A stretch of 50,989 nucleotides of DNA from an uncultured bacterium (lineage in GTDB: Bacteria > Spirochaetota > Spirochaetia > Treponematales > UBA12059). Position 1 is the first letter of the stretch. Every line of letters begins with the position of its first letter. Below are positions 1-9,254 of this stretch, one piece after another. The translations under genes and the position numbers were made by a program. The notes beneath the pieces are model-generated. The model searched no databases. It had not been told where the DNA came from and saw only the letters and a list, made by a program, of their open reading frames with translations. The stretch spans positions 1 through 50,989 of the forward strand of contig CAXZAJ010000002.1 in the NCBI GenBank assembly GCA_964293355.1, given 5' to 3'.

Positions 1-2
1 GC

Positions 3-1739
3 CGCGGTTCGAACACGAGACGAGCCTCCCTGTCCATACGCTCCGCGCTGATCCTGGCGGTCGCGTTGTCACTTGCCCCCGCGCTGGCCATCATCATCTG
101 GACGGGCACGGAACACGGGGCGCACCTCGCGGAAAACGCGCGGATGGAGACGATCAGGCAGGCGGAGTCGTTTGCGAATATCCAGATACGGATCACCGAG
201 TCGGCGAGGCAGATGCTGTCCACGATAGCATACCTGCCAGAGGCTCGCGCAGGTGATTTTGCCAGCTTGACCGAGGTGCTCAAGGCTGTGCACAAGCAAA
301 ACCCCGAGTATCTTAACTTCACTGCAACTGATATCCATGGGATGGTGCGGGCATCGTCCCTGCTTAGTCTGGGAGCTGATCTGAGTGGCCGTCTGCACAT
401 CAAGACTGTGCTGGAAAACAAATGTTTCGCCGCGGGAGAGTACATCGTGGGCCTCGTGAATTCCGAGCCCGCATTCAGCTTTGCCCACCCCATCTTTGAT
501 TATGATGGTGCGCTGATTGGAATTGTCGGAGCAATGTTCAAGCTCACCTCCTACTCTTCGATATTCGAGCGGCTAGAACTGCCTTCAGACTCCTTTCTCG
601 GCCTGGTGGATCGTTCCGGGACGCGCATCTTCTTTTACCCTCAACGAGCCACCAATCCTGTCGGCAAGCCCATCGCGGAAAACGTCTGGGCTGGTATCAG
701 GAGTGGAACCGAATTCGGCATGTTCACCGGCGTTGGCTCCGATGGCATCAGCAGGTATTTTGCCTACCGGAAACTGTGGCTCGATGACTCGAGCGATCCA
801 TACATGTATGTGGTCTACGCGGTTCCGGTTTCCGCTTCGTATGCCCTGAGCCAGTCCATACTGATCAGGAACATCCTGCTCATGATACTCGTTGCCATCT
901 TTGCCGTGGCCAGTGCGGGATTGATCAGCAAGCGGCTTTTCGGAGCCAGGCTTGCCCGCATCATAACCACTACCGCACAGCTCAGGAATGGCAACCTGTG
1001 CGCCAGGGTTGGATTTACCGATGACCACTCAGATCTGGGGCAGATAGCAGAGGCCCTGGATCAGATGGCTGGAACCATTGAGCGTCGCGATGCCGATATG
1101 GCCCAGAACGCACGCAAAATCGAAGCATCGCTTGCGGAAAAGGAGATCCTCCTCCAGGAAGTTCACCACCGGGTCAAGAACAACCTGCAGCTCATCCTGA
1201 GCCTTTTATCACTGCAGGAGAACGAGACGATTCGCCCAGCGGAATACAGGGAAGCGATGGAGAACAGGATCAAGGCCATGGCCATGGTTCACGAGATGCT
1301 CTATGAATCGGACAATTTTGCCAGCATCGACCTTGGCTCGTATGCGCGGCGGCTCGTTGAACTGGGCACCTGTGCCGCTGATTATGCCATAGAGGTATCG
1401 GTGGATGCTGACGAGGCCCTGTGTAGCCTTGATACCGCGGTGCCGTTTGGCCTGATGCTCAACGAACTGGTGACCAATGCCTGCAAGCACGCCTTTGGCG
1501 GCAGGCGGGGCGGGTCGTTGCACGTTACGCTCCGCATCGCTTCAGGCACCGCGAAGCTGGAGGTGCTGGACGACGGGCCAGGGCTGCCGGCAGGTTTTGC
1601 CATTTCGGAGTGTTCGAGCCTTGGCCTGCGCCTCTCCCAGGGATTGGCGGAGCAACTCCGTGGTACGCTGTCGTGGAACGAGGGCCCCGGCGCATGCTTT
1701 ACCGCCACGTTCAGGATCGACGCCTCCAGGGAGGCCTGA
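3..1739 (+). CDS. Sensor histidine kinase: Cache-like periplasmic domain, HAMP, HisKA_2/HWE-type H-box, HATPase. The 5' end is probably outside the window.
   Basis: ORF 66..1739. The frame stays open back to nt 3 (RRASLSIRSALILAVALSLAP looks like the N-terminal TM helix). H-box EVHHRVKNNLQLILSLLSLQ. Second TM LIRNILLMILVAIFAVASAGLI. ATPase motifs NELVTNACKHAF and DDGPGLP. Confidence 0.85.
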   Translation, partial: RGSNTRRASLSIRSALILAVALSLAPALAIIIWTGTEHGAHLAENARMETIRQAESFANIQIRITESARQMLSTIAYLPEARAGDFASLTEVLKAVHKQNPEYLNFTATDIHGMVRASSLLSLGADLSGRLHIKTVLENKCFAAGEYIVGLVNSEPAFSFAHPIFDYDGALIGIVGAMFKLTSYSSIFERLELPSDSFLGLVDRSGTRIFFYPQRATNPVGKPIAENVWAGIRSGTEFGMFTGVGSDGISRYFAYRKLWLDDSSDPYMYVVYAVPVSASYALSQSILIRNILLMILVAIFAVASAGLISKRLFGARLARIITTTAQLRNGNLCARVGFTDDHSDLGQIAEALDQMAGTIERRDADMAQNARKIEASLAEKEILLQEVHHRVKNNLQLILSLLSLQENETIRPAEYREAMENRIKAMAMVHEMLYESDNFASIDLGSYARRLVELGTCAADYAIEVSVDADEALCSLDTAVPFGLMLNELVTNACKHAFGGRRGGSLHVTLRIASGTAKLEVLDDGPGLPAGFAISECSSLGLRLSQGLAEQLRGTLSWNEGPGACFTATFRIDASREA

Positions 1740-1745
1740 TACACC

Positions 1746-3554
1746 ATGCGCCTGACCACCCGACTCCTCATACTGATGTTCCTGAGCGTCATGGTACCAC
1801 TGGTCGGCATGTCGCTGTTCCTGAAACAGGAAATCAGCGAGAGCATACTCGTTGAAAAGCGCGACAAGCTGTTCGGGCTGGCCAGGCAACTCGACGGGGC
1901 CCTCGAGGGAACGTTTGACGATATCCTTGCGGTTGAAGGCGCTCTCGACGCCGATCGCGCCACGAAGGTAGCGGTGCTCAATTCCAGGTTGCGGGCTGTT
2001 ACCGATTTTGTGGCCTCGGGCAATGTCGGGGTCGGCGTCGGCTACTACGGCAGGGACCTGGATGCCGTGCTGACCTACGGTCCCAGCGAACAGTTCCAGT
2101 ACACGGTAGGCCAACCCATTTTCGAGGGGCACAAGGGCTATGAGGTCATGGCTTCGGGCGTGCCCATGGTCCAGACCGGCACCCTCGTACGGGGCGACAT
2201 TCTCAACTGCATGTGGCCCATACTGCGCAACGGAGAAACCATAGGCTACATATGGTCAAACGAGACGCTCGACATGATAGGCGGGCAGCTCGAACCCATC
2301 ATCCGCCGCGTCTACGTCATACAGGTACTTATCTTCTTTCTTATCTACCTGAGCCTGACGGTCACGATGAAGGGGCTGCTCGACAAGATAACATCGATCA
2401 AGAAGGGCATCGAGGTGCTGTTCAACATGCCCAACTACCACATTCCCCAGGTCTCCGGCGAACTGTCCGGCATCGTGAACACCATCAACGACCTCGTCGA
2501 TACGACCAATCTGGTCAAGTGTTACAACAAGAACATCCTTGAAGGTGTGATGAACGGTGTGCTGGCTCTGTCATGCTCGGGAACGGTGACACGGGCCAAC
2601 AAGGCATTCTTCGAACTGTTCCCTGAATTCGATGAAGGACTCATCGATTCCTCATACCGGTCCAGCTTCGGAGCCGCGATGATCGCCTTCCTCGAACGGG
2701 GCCTCGAAGGGCGGGAATCTGACATGGGGTCAGAGCTGGACCTCGGCGGTAAGATAATCGAAGCCCACGGCAACGCCATGTTCGACGAGACCGGCTCAAG
2801 GCTCGGTGCGGTGTTCGTGTTCAGGGACATTACGGTCATACGGCGTTACGAACGGGAAATCGAGGAGAAGGAACGTGCTGCCCTGCTTGGCGGGATGGCG
2901 CTGGCGGTGGTGCACGAGATAAAGAATCCCATGACCTCGGTCAAGGGCTTTACGCAGCTGCTGTCCAGACCCGGCGTGGATGAGGAAAAGCGCAGGCAGT
3001 ACATCGGCCTCATCAACGACGAGCTGAACAGGGTGAACCGGCTTCTCAACGAGATGCTCGTCTACGGTGGCAGGAGCCGGCTGGAACCGAGGCGCTGCGA
3101 TGTGGCGAACCTGGTGCATGACGCAGTAGCGCGCAACGACTGGACCATGTACGGCGTCAGGCCCGTCGTCAAGGCCGGTTCCGCGGGTGAGTATCTGGCC
3201 GAGGTCGATGCGTTCAAGGTGGGGCAGGTGCTGGACAATCTGCTCAAGAATGCCTGCGAGGCGGTGGCTGCGAAGGGAAGGGGACGGGTCGTTGCCATGG
3301 TCGAGCCCACAGCGGAGACGGTTTGTGTGCGCATGGCCGATTCAGGGATTGGCATAGCCGCCGACGTACTGCCAAAAATCGGCAACCCGCTATTCTCGAC
3401 GAAACAGGCTGGCACCGGCTTTGGAATAGCCATTTCCAGAAAAATAGTCGAGGCGCATGGTGGTAGCCTCACCGTTGATTCAAGGGAAGGGCAGTTCACC
3501 AGGGTTGATTTCTGCTTTCCACGGACGTGGATACCGGAAGGGGTTGAACTTTGA
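1746..3554 (+). CDS. Sensor histidine kinase (classical HisKA + HATPase_c, N-terminal sensor domain, PAS-like linker); AtoS-like by context
   Basis: 602-aa ORF starting at ATG 1746. H-box VVHEIKNPMTSVKGFTQLL, N-box DNLLKNACEA, G-boxes DSGIGI and GTGFGIAISRKIVEAHGG. It lies directly upstream of an NtrC-type regulator and overlaps its start. Confidence 0.85.
   Translation: MRLTTRLLILMFLSVMVPLVGMSLFLKQEISESILVEKRDKLFGLARQLDGALEGTFDDILAVEGALDADRATKVAVLNSRLRAVTDFVASGNVGVGVGYYGRDLDAVLTYGPSEQFQYTVGQPIFEGHKGYEVMASGVPMVQTGTLVRGDILNCMWPILRNGETIGYIWSNETLDMIGGQLEPIIRRVYVIQVLIFFLIYLSLTVTMKGLLDKITSIKKGIEVLFNMPNYHIPQVSGELSGIVNTINDLVDTTNLVKCYNKNILEGVMNGVLALSCSGTVTRANKAFFELFPEFDEGLIDSSYRSSFGAAMIAFLERGLEGRESDMGSELDLGGKIIEAHGNAMFDETGSRLGAVFVFRDITVIRRYEREIEEKERAALLGGMALAVVHEIKNPMTSVKGFTQLLSRPGVDEEKRRQYIGLINDELNRVNRLLNEMLVYGGRSRLEPRRCDVANLVHDAVARNDWTMYGVRPVVKAGSAGEYLAEVDAFKVGQVLDNLLKNACEAVAAKGRGRVVAMVEPTAETVCVRMADSGIGIAADVLPKIGNPLFSTKQAGTGFGIAISRKIVEAHGGSLTVDSREGQFTRVDFCFPRTWIPEGVEL
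2726..2737 (+). repeat. Abundant word, perfect copy GGGGTCAGAGCT
   Basis: Inside the second kinase gene; read as MGSEL. Confidence 0.95.
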
Positions 3555-4888
3555 CGAAGAAAATACTCGTCTGCGACGACGAGGCCAATGTGCGCGTGTT
3601 CCTGCACGACCTGCTGACACTGGAAGGCTTTGCCGTCGTGGAGGCTGAGAGCGGGCTTGCCGCCGTGGACTCCGTGAACAGGGACAAGCCCGATCTGTGC
3701 ATTCTGGACCTGATGCTGCCCGACTTCAACGGAGTCGAGTTGTTGCCGCGCCTCAAGGCCGCCAATCCCATGCTGGGGGTTATAGTCATAACCGCGCTCG
3801 GTACCGTGGACAACGCCGTGCTCTCCATGAAGGCCGGAGCCTATGATTTCATCACCAAGCCATTCGATGTGGATACCATACTGATATCCGTGAAGCGGGC
3901 CCTGGATTTTGTCGCGGTCAGCAAGGAGAATACGGCGTTGTGGAATCTCCACAAGAACCGGATGTACTTTGAGGATTTCATCGGGGAATGCCCCGCCGTG
4001 CAATCGATCAAGGCCCTGATACCCAAGCTGGCCTTTGCCGATGTGCCCATCCTGATAACCGGCGAGACCGGCACCGGCAAGAACGTACTGGCCAAGCAGA
4101 TACATTTTACGCTGGCCAAGGCCGAATCTCCCCTCGTGTACACAAACTGTTCGAGCATTCCGGCTACGCTGTTCGAGTCCGAGCTGTTCGGGCACGAGAA
4201 AGGCAGCTACACGGGTGCCATAGCGCAGAAGAAGGGCCGCGTGGAGCAAGCCCACGGCGGCACGCTGCTTCTGGACGAGATCACCGAGATTCCCTACGAG
4301 ATCCAGGCCAAGCTCCTCGATTTCCTGCAGGAACGTACCTTTTACCGTGTCGGAGGTGTGACGCCCATATCGGTTGAAACGCGTATCATAGCGCTTACGA
4401 ACAAGAATCTGCAGGAAGAAATAAAGGCAGGCAGGTTCAGGAAGGACCTGTACTACCGGCTGAATGTCATCCATTTCATCGTGCCGCCGCTCAGGGACAG
4501 AGCTGACGACATCAGGCTCATCTGCGAGTACCTCATCGAACTCCTGCGCAGGAAGTACAACAGCCCGACCCTCGGCATCTCCGGAGCGGCGATGGCCCTC
4601 ATACGGGCCTATGCATGGCCGGGCAATGTGCGTGAGCTCAAGAACGTGCTCGAGCGTGCCTTCATCTGCGCTGAAGGTGACGAAATTGGCCCCGAATCGC
4701 TGATCCTCGAGGAGCATGACCACGCGACGCTCAAGCAGGAACTCAAGGACCTGATGGGTGAGTTCGAGCGGGACGTCATCCTGCGCCGCCTGGCCTACTG
4801 GAAGGGCAACCGGACCTCGACCGCCCGGGACCTTGGCGTGTCCATCCGCAACCTCCAGTACAAGCTCGAGCGCTACGACATCCGTTGA
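3551..4888 (+). CDS. Sigma54-dependent response regulator (REC + AAA+ sigma54-interaction domain + Fis-type HTH); AtoC-like by context
   Basis: TTG start overlaps the kinase stop (TTGA). REC domain KILVCDDE...DLMLPDFNG. Walker A GETGTGKN. GAFTGA-type loop ESELFGHEKGSYTGA. PPLRDRADDI. C-terminal HTH TSTARDLGVSIRNLQYKL. Confidence 0.9.
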   Translation: MTKKILVCDDEANVRVFLHDLLTLEGFAVVEAESGLAAVDSVNRDKPDLCILDLMLPDFNGVELLPRLKAANPMLGVIVITALGTVDNAVLSMKAGAYDFITKPFDVDTILISVKRALDFVAVSKENTALWNLHKNRMYFEDFIGECPAVQSIKALIPKLAFADVPILITGETGTGKNVLAKQIHFTLAKAESPLVYTNCSSIPATLFESELFGHEKGSYTGAIAQKKGRVEQAHGGTLLLDEITEIPYEIQAKLLDFLQERTFYRVGGVTPISVETRIIALTNKNLQEEIKAGRFRKDLYYRLNVIHFIVPPLRDRADDIRLICEYLIELLRRKYNSPTLGISGAAMALIRAYAWPGNVRELKNVLERAFICAEGDEIGPESLILEEHDHATLKQELKDLMGEFERDVILRRLAYWKGNRTSTARDLGVSIRNLQYKLERYDIR

Positions 4889-4905
4889 CCGCATCGAGCC
4901 GGGCC

Positions 4906-4963
4906 GGGGTCAGAGCTGAGTAACTGCCGGATCTGAAGAACAGTCTGGTATGGGGACAGAGCT
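4906..4963 (+). repeat. Two direct copies of the abundant word (GGGGTCAGAGCT 4906-4917, GGGGACAGAGCT 4952-4963) in the intergenic region after the regulator gene
   Basis: Read directly. Both copies are followed by GA (GGGGWCAGAGCTGA). Confidence 0.95.
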
Positions 4964-4985
4964 GATGCTGTCTACCATATAGGTA

Positions 4986-5024
4986 CATGCAAAAAATTGC
5001 ACTCGGCATGCCTGATTTTGCATG
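4986..5024. promoter_or_regulatory. Candidate enhancer (UAS) for the NtrC-type activator: 9-bp perfect inverted repeat CATGCAAAA (4986-4994) / TTTTGCATG (5016-5024)
   Basis: The arms are exact reverse complements. TGCA-N6-TGCA is embedded at 4988-5001. The centre lies about 95 bp upstream of the candidate -24/-12 promoter, a typical distance for a bacterial enhancer-binding protein site. Confidence 0.4.
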
Positions 5025-5097
5025 CATGCTCAGCTTGGCATTAGCCTGCACCGCGCTGTAACCCATGTATATTCGAGGAGACTCTTCTTGCCATGCT

Positions 5098-5113
5098 TGG
5101 CACGGTTCGTGCT
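5098..5113 (+). promoter_or_regulatory. Candidate sigma54 (-24/-12) promoter for the atoE-atoD-atoA operon
   Basis: TGGCACggttcGTGCT. GG (5099-5100) and GC (5111-5112) have the canonical spacing, matching TGGCAC-N5-TTGC at all but one position. It sits 35 nt upstream of the atoE ATG and the RBS AGAGGAGG. Confidence 0.55.
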
Positions 5114-5147
5114 CTGAGTATTGGCACTACAGAAAGAGGAGGCATCT

Positions 5148-6482
5148 ATGGTCAGGGCTCTCGGCAACTTCTTCACGAAGATAGCCAAACGCTGGATAGC
5201 GGACGCGTTCGTGTTCGCCATCGTACTCACGATCATCGTATTCGCACTCGGGATGATCATCCAGAAGACATCGTTTCTCAACATGGCCTCGTACTGGGGC
5301 GGCGGCATGTGGAGCCTGCTCGGATTCTCGATGCAGATGGTACTGGTGCTGGTTACCGGTAGCGCACTTGCGATTTCCAGGCCGGTTCACAAGGCCATGG
5401 TTTCCATCGCCAAGGCTGCCAATACGCCGGCCAAGGCGATCATCATCGTCACCGTCGTAGCCCTGATGGGCAACTGGCTCAACTGGGGTTTCGGCCTTAT
5501 CGTCAGCGCCATTCTGGCCAAGGAAATCGCCAAGGCGAACAAGGGTATCCACTATCCGTTACTCGTCGCCAGCGCCTACTCCGGCTTCATCATCTGGCAT
5601 GCCGGCCTGTCCGGCTCCATCCCGCTCTCCATCGCGGCCAAGACCGCGGTCATGGAGAAGTTCGCCAAGGGAGCCATCGTTCCGACGAGCGAGACCATTT
5701 TCTCTTTCCAGACGCTGGCGATCGTCGTCGTACTCTTCATCAGCATCCCCGTCATCAACATGCTGATGCATCCCAAGAAGAAGGAAGACATCATCGAGGT
5801 CAACCCGCTGGCTTTTGCTGAGGACACCCTCGACGATGTGCCGGTCAAGGCCCGCAAGGACATGACTCCCGCCGAGAAGCAGGAGAACTCCATCGTGCTC
5901 GCGATGATCATCGTAGCCGTTGGACTCGTTTACATCGTCAGGTACTTCATCAAGGGTGGCTCGCTCAGCCTCGATGTGGTCAACTTCATCTTCCTCATTC
6001 TGGGCATGCTGTTCCACAGGACTCCGATAGCGTACGTGAAGGCTGTGGACAAGTCGGTACGGACCTGCGGCGGCATCGTGCTACAGTTCCCGTTCTACGC
6101 GGGCATCATGGGCATGATGGTCAGCTCGGGCCTCGCGGCAACGCTTTCCAACTGGTTCGTTTCCATCTCGACCCCGCAGACCTTCCAGCTGTTCACCTAC
6201 TATGCGGCGGGCATCGTCAACATGTTCGTACCGTCCGGCGGTGGCCAGTGGGCAGTCCAGGGCCCGATCATGATGCCGGCAGCAGAAGCGCTCGGCGTAT
6301 CGTATGGCCGTGCGGCGATGGGCATAGCCTGGGGCGACGCATGGACCAACATGATCCAGCCGTTCTGGGCTTTGCCGCTCCTCGCCGTAGCCAAGCTGAA
6401 CATCAAGGACATCATGGGCTACACCACGGTCATCCTGCTCTGGGCCGGCATCGTGACGTCACTCGGATTGCTTTTCCTCTAG
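5148..6482 (+). CDS. atoE: Short-chain fatty acid transporter (AtoE family)
   Basis: ORF 5121..6482. I prefer ATG 5148 (MVRALGNFFTKIAKRWIADAF), which is preceded by AGAGGAGG. The protein is polytopic and the N-terminus resembles AtoE. It is adjacent to atoD and atoA. Confidence 0.8.
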   Translation: MVRALGNFFTKIAKRWIADAFVFAIVLTIIVFALGMIIQKTSFLNMASYWGGGMWSLLGFSMQMVLVLVTGSALAISRPVHKAMVSIAKAANTPAKAIIIVTVVALMGNWLNWGFGLIVSAILAKEIAKANKGIHYPLLVASAYSGFIIWHAGLSGSIPLSIAAKTAVMEKFAKGAIVPTSETIFSFQTLAIVVVLFISIPVINMLMHPKKKEDIIEVNPLAFAEDTLDDVPVKARKDMTPAEKQENSIVLAMIIVAVGLVYIVRYFIKGGSLSLDVVNFIFLILGMLFHRTPIAYVKAVDKSVRTCGGIVLQFPFYAGIMGMMVSSGLAATLSNWFVSISTPQTFQLFTYYAAGIVNMFVPSGGGQWAVQGPIMMPAAEALGVSYGRAAMGIAWGDAWTNMIQPFWALPLLAVAKLNIKDIMGYTTVILLWAGIVTSLGLLFL

Positions 6483-6504
6483 TCCCAGCCGCCTGATTAT
6501 CAAC

Positions 6505-6529
6505 GCGGTCCGGCCCTGCGCCGGGCCGC
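6505..6529 (+). other. GC-rich stem-loop between atoE and atoD (10-bp stem including one G-U pair, 5-nt loop, no U-tract)
   Basis: GCGGTCCGGC-cctgc-GCCGGGCCGC. It could be an intra-operon mRNA processing or stability hairpin, or a weak attenuator. Confidence 0.4.
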
Positions 6530-6612
6530 CTTCCAAGCTCCCGGCCCCGACAGCCCGTACTCCTCATCGTATCGCGCCGAGTGGCCGGATTTTCATCTCA
6601 GGAGTTATATAT

Positions 6613-7290
6613 ATGGTAGCTAAACCGATATTGACGGCTGAACAAGCCGTCCAACTGATACAGGACGGTCAGGTCGTCATGCTTGGCGGTTTCATGGGCT
6701 GCGGCTCTCCAGCCGGGCTTCTCGACGCCCTGGAGCAACAGGGAACACGGAACCTGACGCTGGTATGCAACGATACGGCGCTGCACAACCTGAAGACTGG
6801 CGAGATGACCTTCGTCGCGAAGCTGGTGGCCAAAAAGCAGTTCAAGAAGATGATCGTTACGCACATAGGACTAAACGGCGAGACGCAGCGGCAGATGAAT
6901 GCCGGCGAGACCGAGGTACAGCTCGTGCCCCAGGGGACCCTGGCCGAGATCATCCGCGCCGCAGGTGCGGGGCTGGGTGGCGTGTTGACACCGACTGGTG
7001 TGGGCACCGAGGTGGAGGCCGGCAAGAAGGTGCTCGAGATCGACGGCAAGAAATACCTCCTGGAAAAGGCGCTGCGGGGCGACGTGGCCTTGATCAGGGC
7101 GAAAAAGGCTGACAAGGCCGGCAACCTGACCTACGACAAGACGGGCCGCAACTTCAATCCGCTGATGGCCAGCGCCTGTGGTACCGTTATCGTGGAGGCT
7201 GACGAGATCGTGGAAATCGGCGCACTGGACCCTGAGGTTGTCATCACGCCGTCCGTCTTCGTGACGCACCTCGTACAGGCCAGGAAGTAG
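6613..7290 (+). CDS. atoD: Acetate/3-oxoacid CoA-transferase subunit A
   Basis: 225 aa. N-terminus GQVVMLGGFMGCGSPAGLL is typical of CoA-transferase family I alpha subunits. Confidence 0.9.
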   Translation: MVAKPILTAEQAVQLIQDGQVVMLGGFMGCGSPAGLLDALEQQGTRNLTLVCNDTALHNLKTGEMTFVAKLVAKKQFKKMIVTHIGLNGETQRQMNAGETEVQLVPQGTLAEIIRAAGAGLGGVLTPTGVGTEVEAGKKVLEIDGKKYLLEKALRGDVALIRAKKADKAGNLTYDKTGRNFNPLMASACGTVIVEADEIVEIGALDPEVVITPSVFVTHLVQARK

Positions 7291-7300
7291 GGGAACCAGC

Positions 7301-7966
7301 ATGGAATACGTAGCAAGCAAGGAAAACATCGCAAAGCGCATCGCGCGCTTCTTCAAGTCCGGCGACGTGGTCAATCTGGGCATAGGCCTGCCCACGTTCG
7401 TCGGCAACTACATACCCGATGATGTGACCATCATCCTGCAGTCCGAGAACGGCTTCATGGGCCTCGGTCCCGCGCCTGCCAAGGGCATGGAAGATCCCAT
7501 GCTCGTCAATGCCGGCGGTAGCTGCGTGACGATCCAGAAAGGAGGCTGCTATTTCGATTCTGCCACCAGTTTTGGCATCATTCGGGGCGGCCATGTGGAC
7601 TACACCGTCCTGGGCGTGCTCGAGGTGGATCAGGCCGGTAACCTCGCCAACTATAAGGTACCGGGAAAGCTCGTGCCCGGCATGGGCGGCGCCATGGACC
7701 TGACCGTGGGAGCAAAGAAGGTGTTTGCGGCGACCCAGCATTTCGACAATGCAGGCGTGTCTAAATTGATGAAAAAGTGCAAGCTGCCGCTGACCGCGGT
7801 CGCTGAAGTTGATTATGTCGTCACCGACGTTGGCTTCTTTGAGGTCAGGAACAATGCCTTCATATTAAAAGAATACTTCACGCCGTACACCGTGGAGTAT
7901 ATACTCGCCAGTACCGACGCCGACATCGTCGTCGACAAGGATTGCAGGGAAGTGGATCTACGATGA
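7301..7966 (+). CDS. atoA: Acetate/3-oxoacid CoA-transferase subunit B
   Basis: 221 aa. Catalytic-Glu motif LQSENGFMGLGP. It starts 10 nt after atoD. Confidence 0.9.
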   Translation: MEYVASKENIAKRIARFFKSGDVVNLGIGLPTFVGNYIPDDVTIILQSENGFMGLGPAPAKGMEDPMLVNAGGSCVTIQKGGCYFDSATSFGIIRGGHVDYTVLGVLEVDQAGNLANYKVPGKLVPGMGGAMDLTVGAKKVFAATQHFDNAGVSKLMKKCKLPLTAVAEVDYVVTDVGFFEVRNNAFILKEYFTPYTVEYILASTDADIVVDKDCREVDLR

Positions 7967-7992
7967 TTTCTGGATATTAAGGAGGATTAATC

Positions 7993-9252
7993 ATGAGCAA
8001 GGTAAGCATAATCGGTGCGCACAACACGGCGTTCGGTTCATTCGTCAAGAAGGACAAGGAAACCAGGGAGGTCACCGACCTCAAGTCCATATACGAGCTG
8101 ATCAACGAAGCAGGGCGAGGCGCTCTGGACGACGCCGGCATCGAGGCGGCGCAGGTCGACGGCATCTGGGTGGGCAGCTGCTCTCCATCACTGTTCGCCA
8201 ACCAGGAGCATCTTGCGCCGAACGCGCTGGAGGTGGATCCGATCGGACTGCGCTTCAAGCCGGCCACCCGTTGCGAGGATGCCTGCGCCAGCTCCTCGGT
8301 GGCGCTGTACAATGCGCTGTATGCCGTGGAGTCGGGGCGCTGCCAGACGGCCCTCGTCATCGGCGTGGAGAAGATGAACCTGCTGGACACCAAGGGCGTG
8401 ACCCACGCGCTTGCCTGTTCGTCGCACTGGGCCAGCGAAGGCGCGATGGGGATGACCTTTCCGGGGCTGTTCGCCGAGTACGCCAAGGGCTACCGCGACC
8501 ACTACAAGTATTCTGACGCCAAACTGGCGGAGATGCTTGCCGCCGTGGCGGCGCTCTGCTACCGCAATGGCCTGGACAACCCGCTTGCCCACTTCGGCAA
8601 GGGGTCTCCCGCCGACCGGCTCGGCCTCTCGTCTGCCGCTGCCATCCTTGGCCTGCCTGAAGAGAAGAACCCGATGATTGCGGCGCCCCTGCGGCTGCAC
8701 GACTGCTCCCTGGTGTCGGATGGCGCTGCCGGCCTCGTGATAACCAGGACAGACCTCGCCCGCAAGCGCGGCAAGCCGGTCGTGGAGATTGCCGGCATAG
8801 GCCAGACCACCGAGCGCATGGCCATCAATGTCCGCCCCAACATGTGGGAACTGATGGCCGGCAAGGAAGCCGCCAGGCTGGCCTATGCGGAGGCGGGCAT
8901 CAAGAGCAAGGACATCGACGTGGCCGAGGTGCACGACTGCTTTACCATCAACCAGATACTCTGCACCGAGGCGCTCGGGCTTTCTGCCGACGGCAAGGCC
9001 GGCGAGGACTATCTGGCTGGCCGTTTTACCCGTGACGACAAGGTCTGCATCAACCTGTCCGGCGGCCTCAAGTCCAAAGGCCATCCGGTCGGCGCCACCG
9101 GAGCTTCGATGCACGCCCTGCTGTACAAGCAGCTCGTCGGGCAGCCCATCGGCGCGGCTCCGGCCAAGGGCACGCCCAAGGTGGGTGTCGTGCTCAACGT
9201 GGGCGGCTCGTCGGTGACCAACTGCGTGACCGTGCTCAGGCGCGCCGACTGA
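7993..9252 (+). CDS. Thiolase-like protein of the SCP-x / propanoyl-CoA C-acyltransferase type (not the classical AtoB type)
   Basis: 419 aa. RBS AAGGAGG. Active-site region RCEDACASSSVAL. C-terminal GGLKSKGHPVGATG. Confidence 0.8.
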   Translation: MSKVSIIGAHNTAFGSFVKKDKETREVTDLKSIYELINEAGRGALDDAGIEAAQVDGIWVGSCSPSLFANQEHLAPNALEVDPIGLRFKPATRCEDACASSSVALYNALYAVESGRCQTALVIGVEKMNLLDTKGVTHALACSSHWASEGAMGMTFPGLFAEYAKGYRDHYKYSDAKLAEMLAAVAALCYRNGLDNPLAHFGKGSPADRLGLSSAAAILGLPEEKNPMIAAPLRLHDCSLVSDGAAGLVITRTDLARKRGKPVVEIAGIGQTTERMAINVRPNMWELMAGKEAARLAYAEAGIKSKDIDVAEVHDCFTINQILCTEALGLSADGKAGEDYLAGRFTRDDKVCINLSGGLKSKGHPVGATGASMHALLYKQLVGQPIGAAPAKGTPKVGVVLNVGGSSVTNCVTVLRRAD

Positions 9253-9254
9253 AC

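Noticed and set aside
6-13. GGTTCGAA, a T-loop-like string that hints at a tRNA.
   Set aside because: It lies in the open kinase reading frame, and the surrounding sequence has no acceptor, D or anticodon stem structure. I found no tRNA or rRNA genes in any intergenic region.
3062-4894. Very long antisense ORFs: 610 aa opposite the sigma54 regulator, plus similar ones at 8188..9114, 13307..14017, 13659..14456, 37586..38146, 43137..43898 and 43905..44996.
   Set aside because: These are typical shadow ORFs of GC-rich DNA. Their translations are Arg/Pro/Gly/Ala-rich and low in complexity, with no recognisable motifs. Each lies fully opposite a gene with strong family signatures.
5036-5050. Other sigma54-like hits: TGGCAT-N5-TGCA at 5036, TGGCAC at 5122, and TGGCAC at 3415 and 38034.
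   Set aside because: The GG-to-GC spacing is off by one at 5036. There is no -12 GC element at 5122. The others are inside coding regions with wrong spacing.
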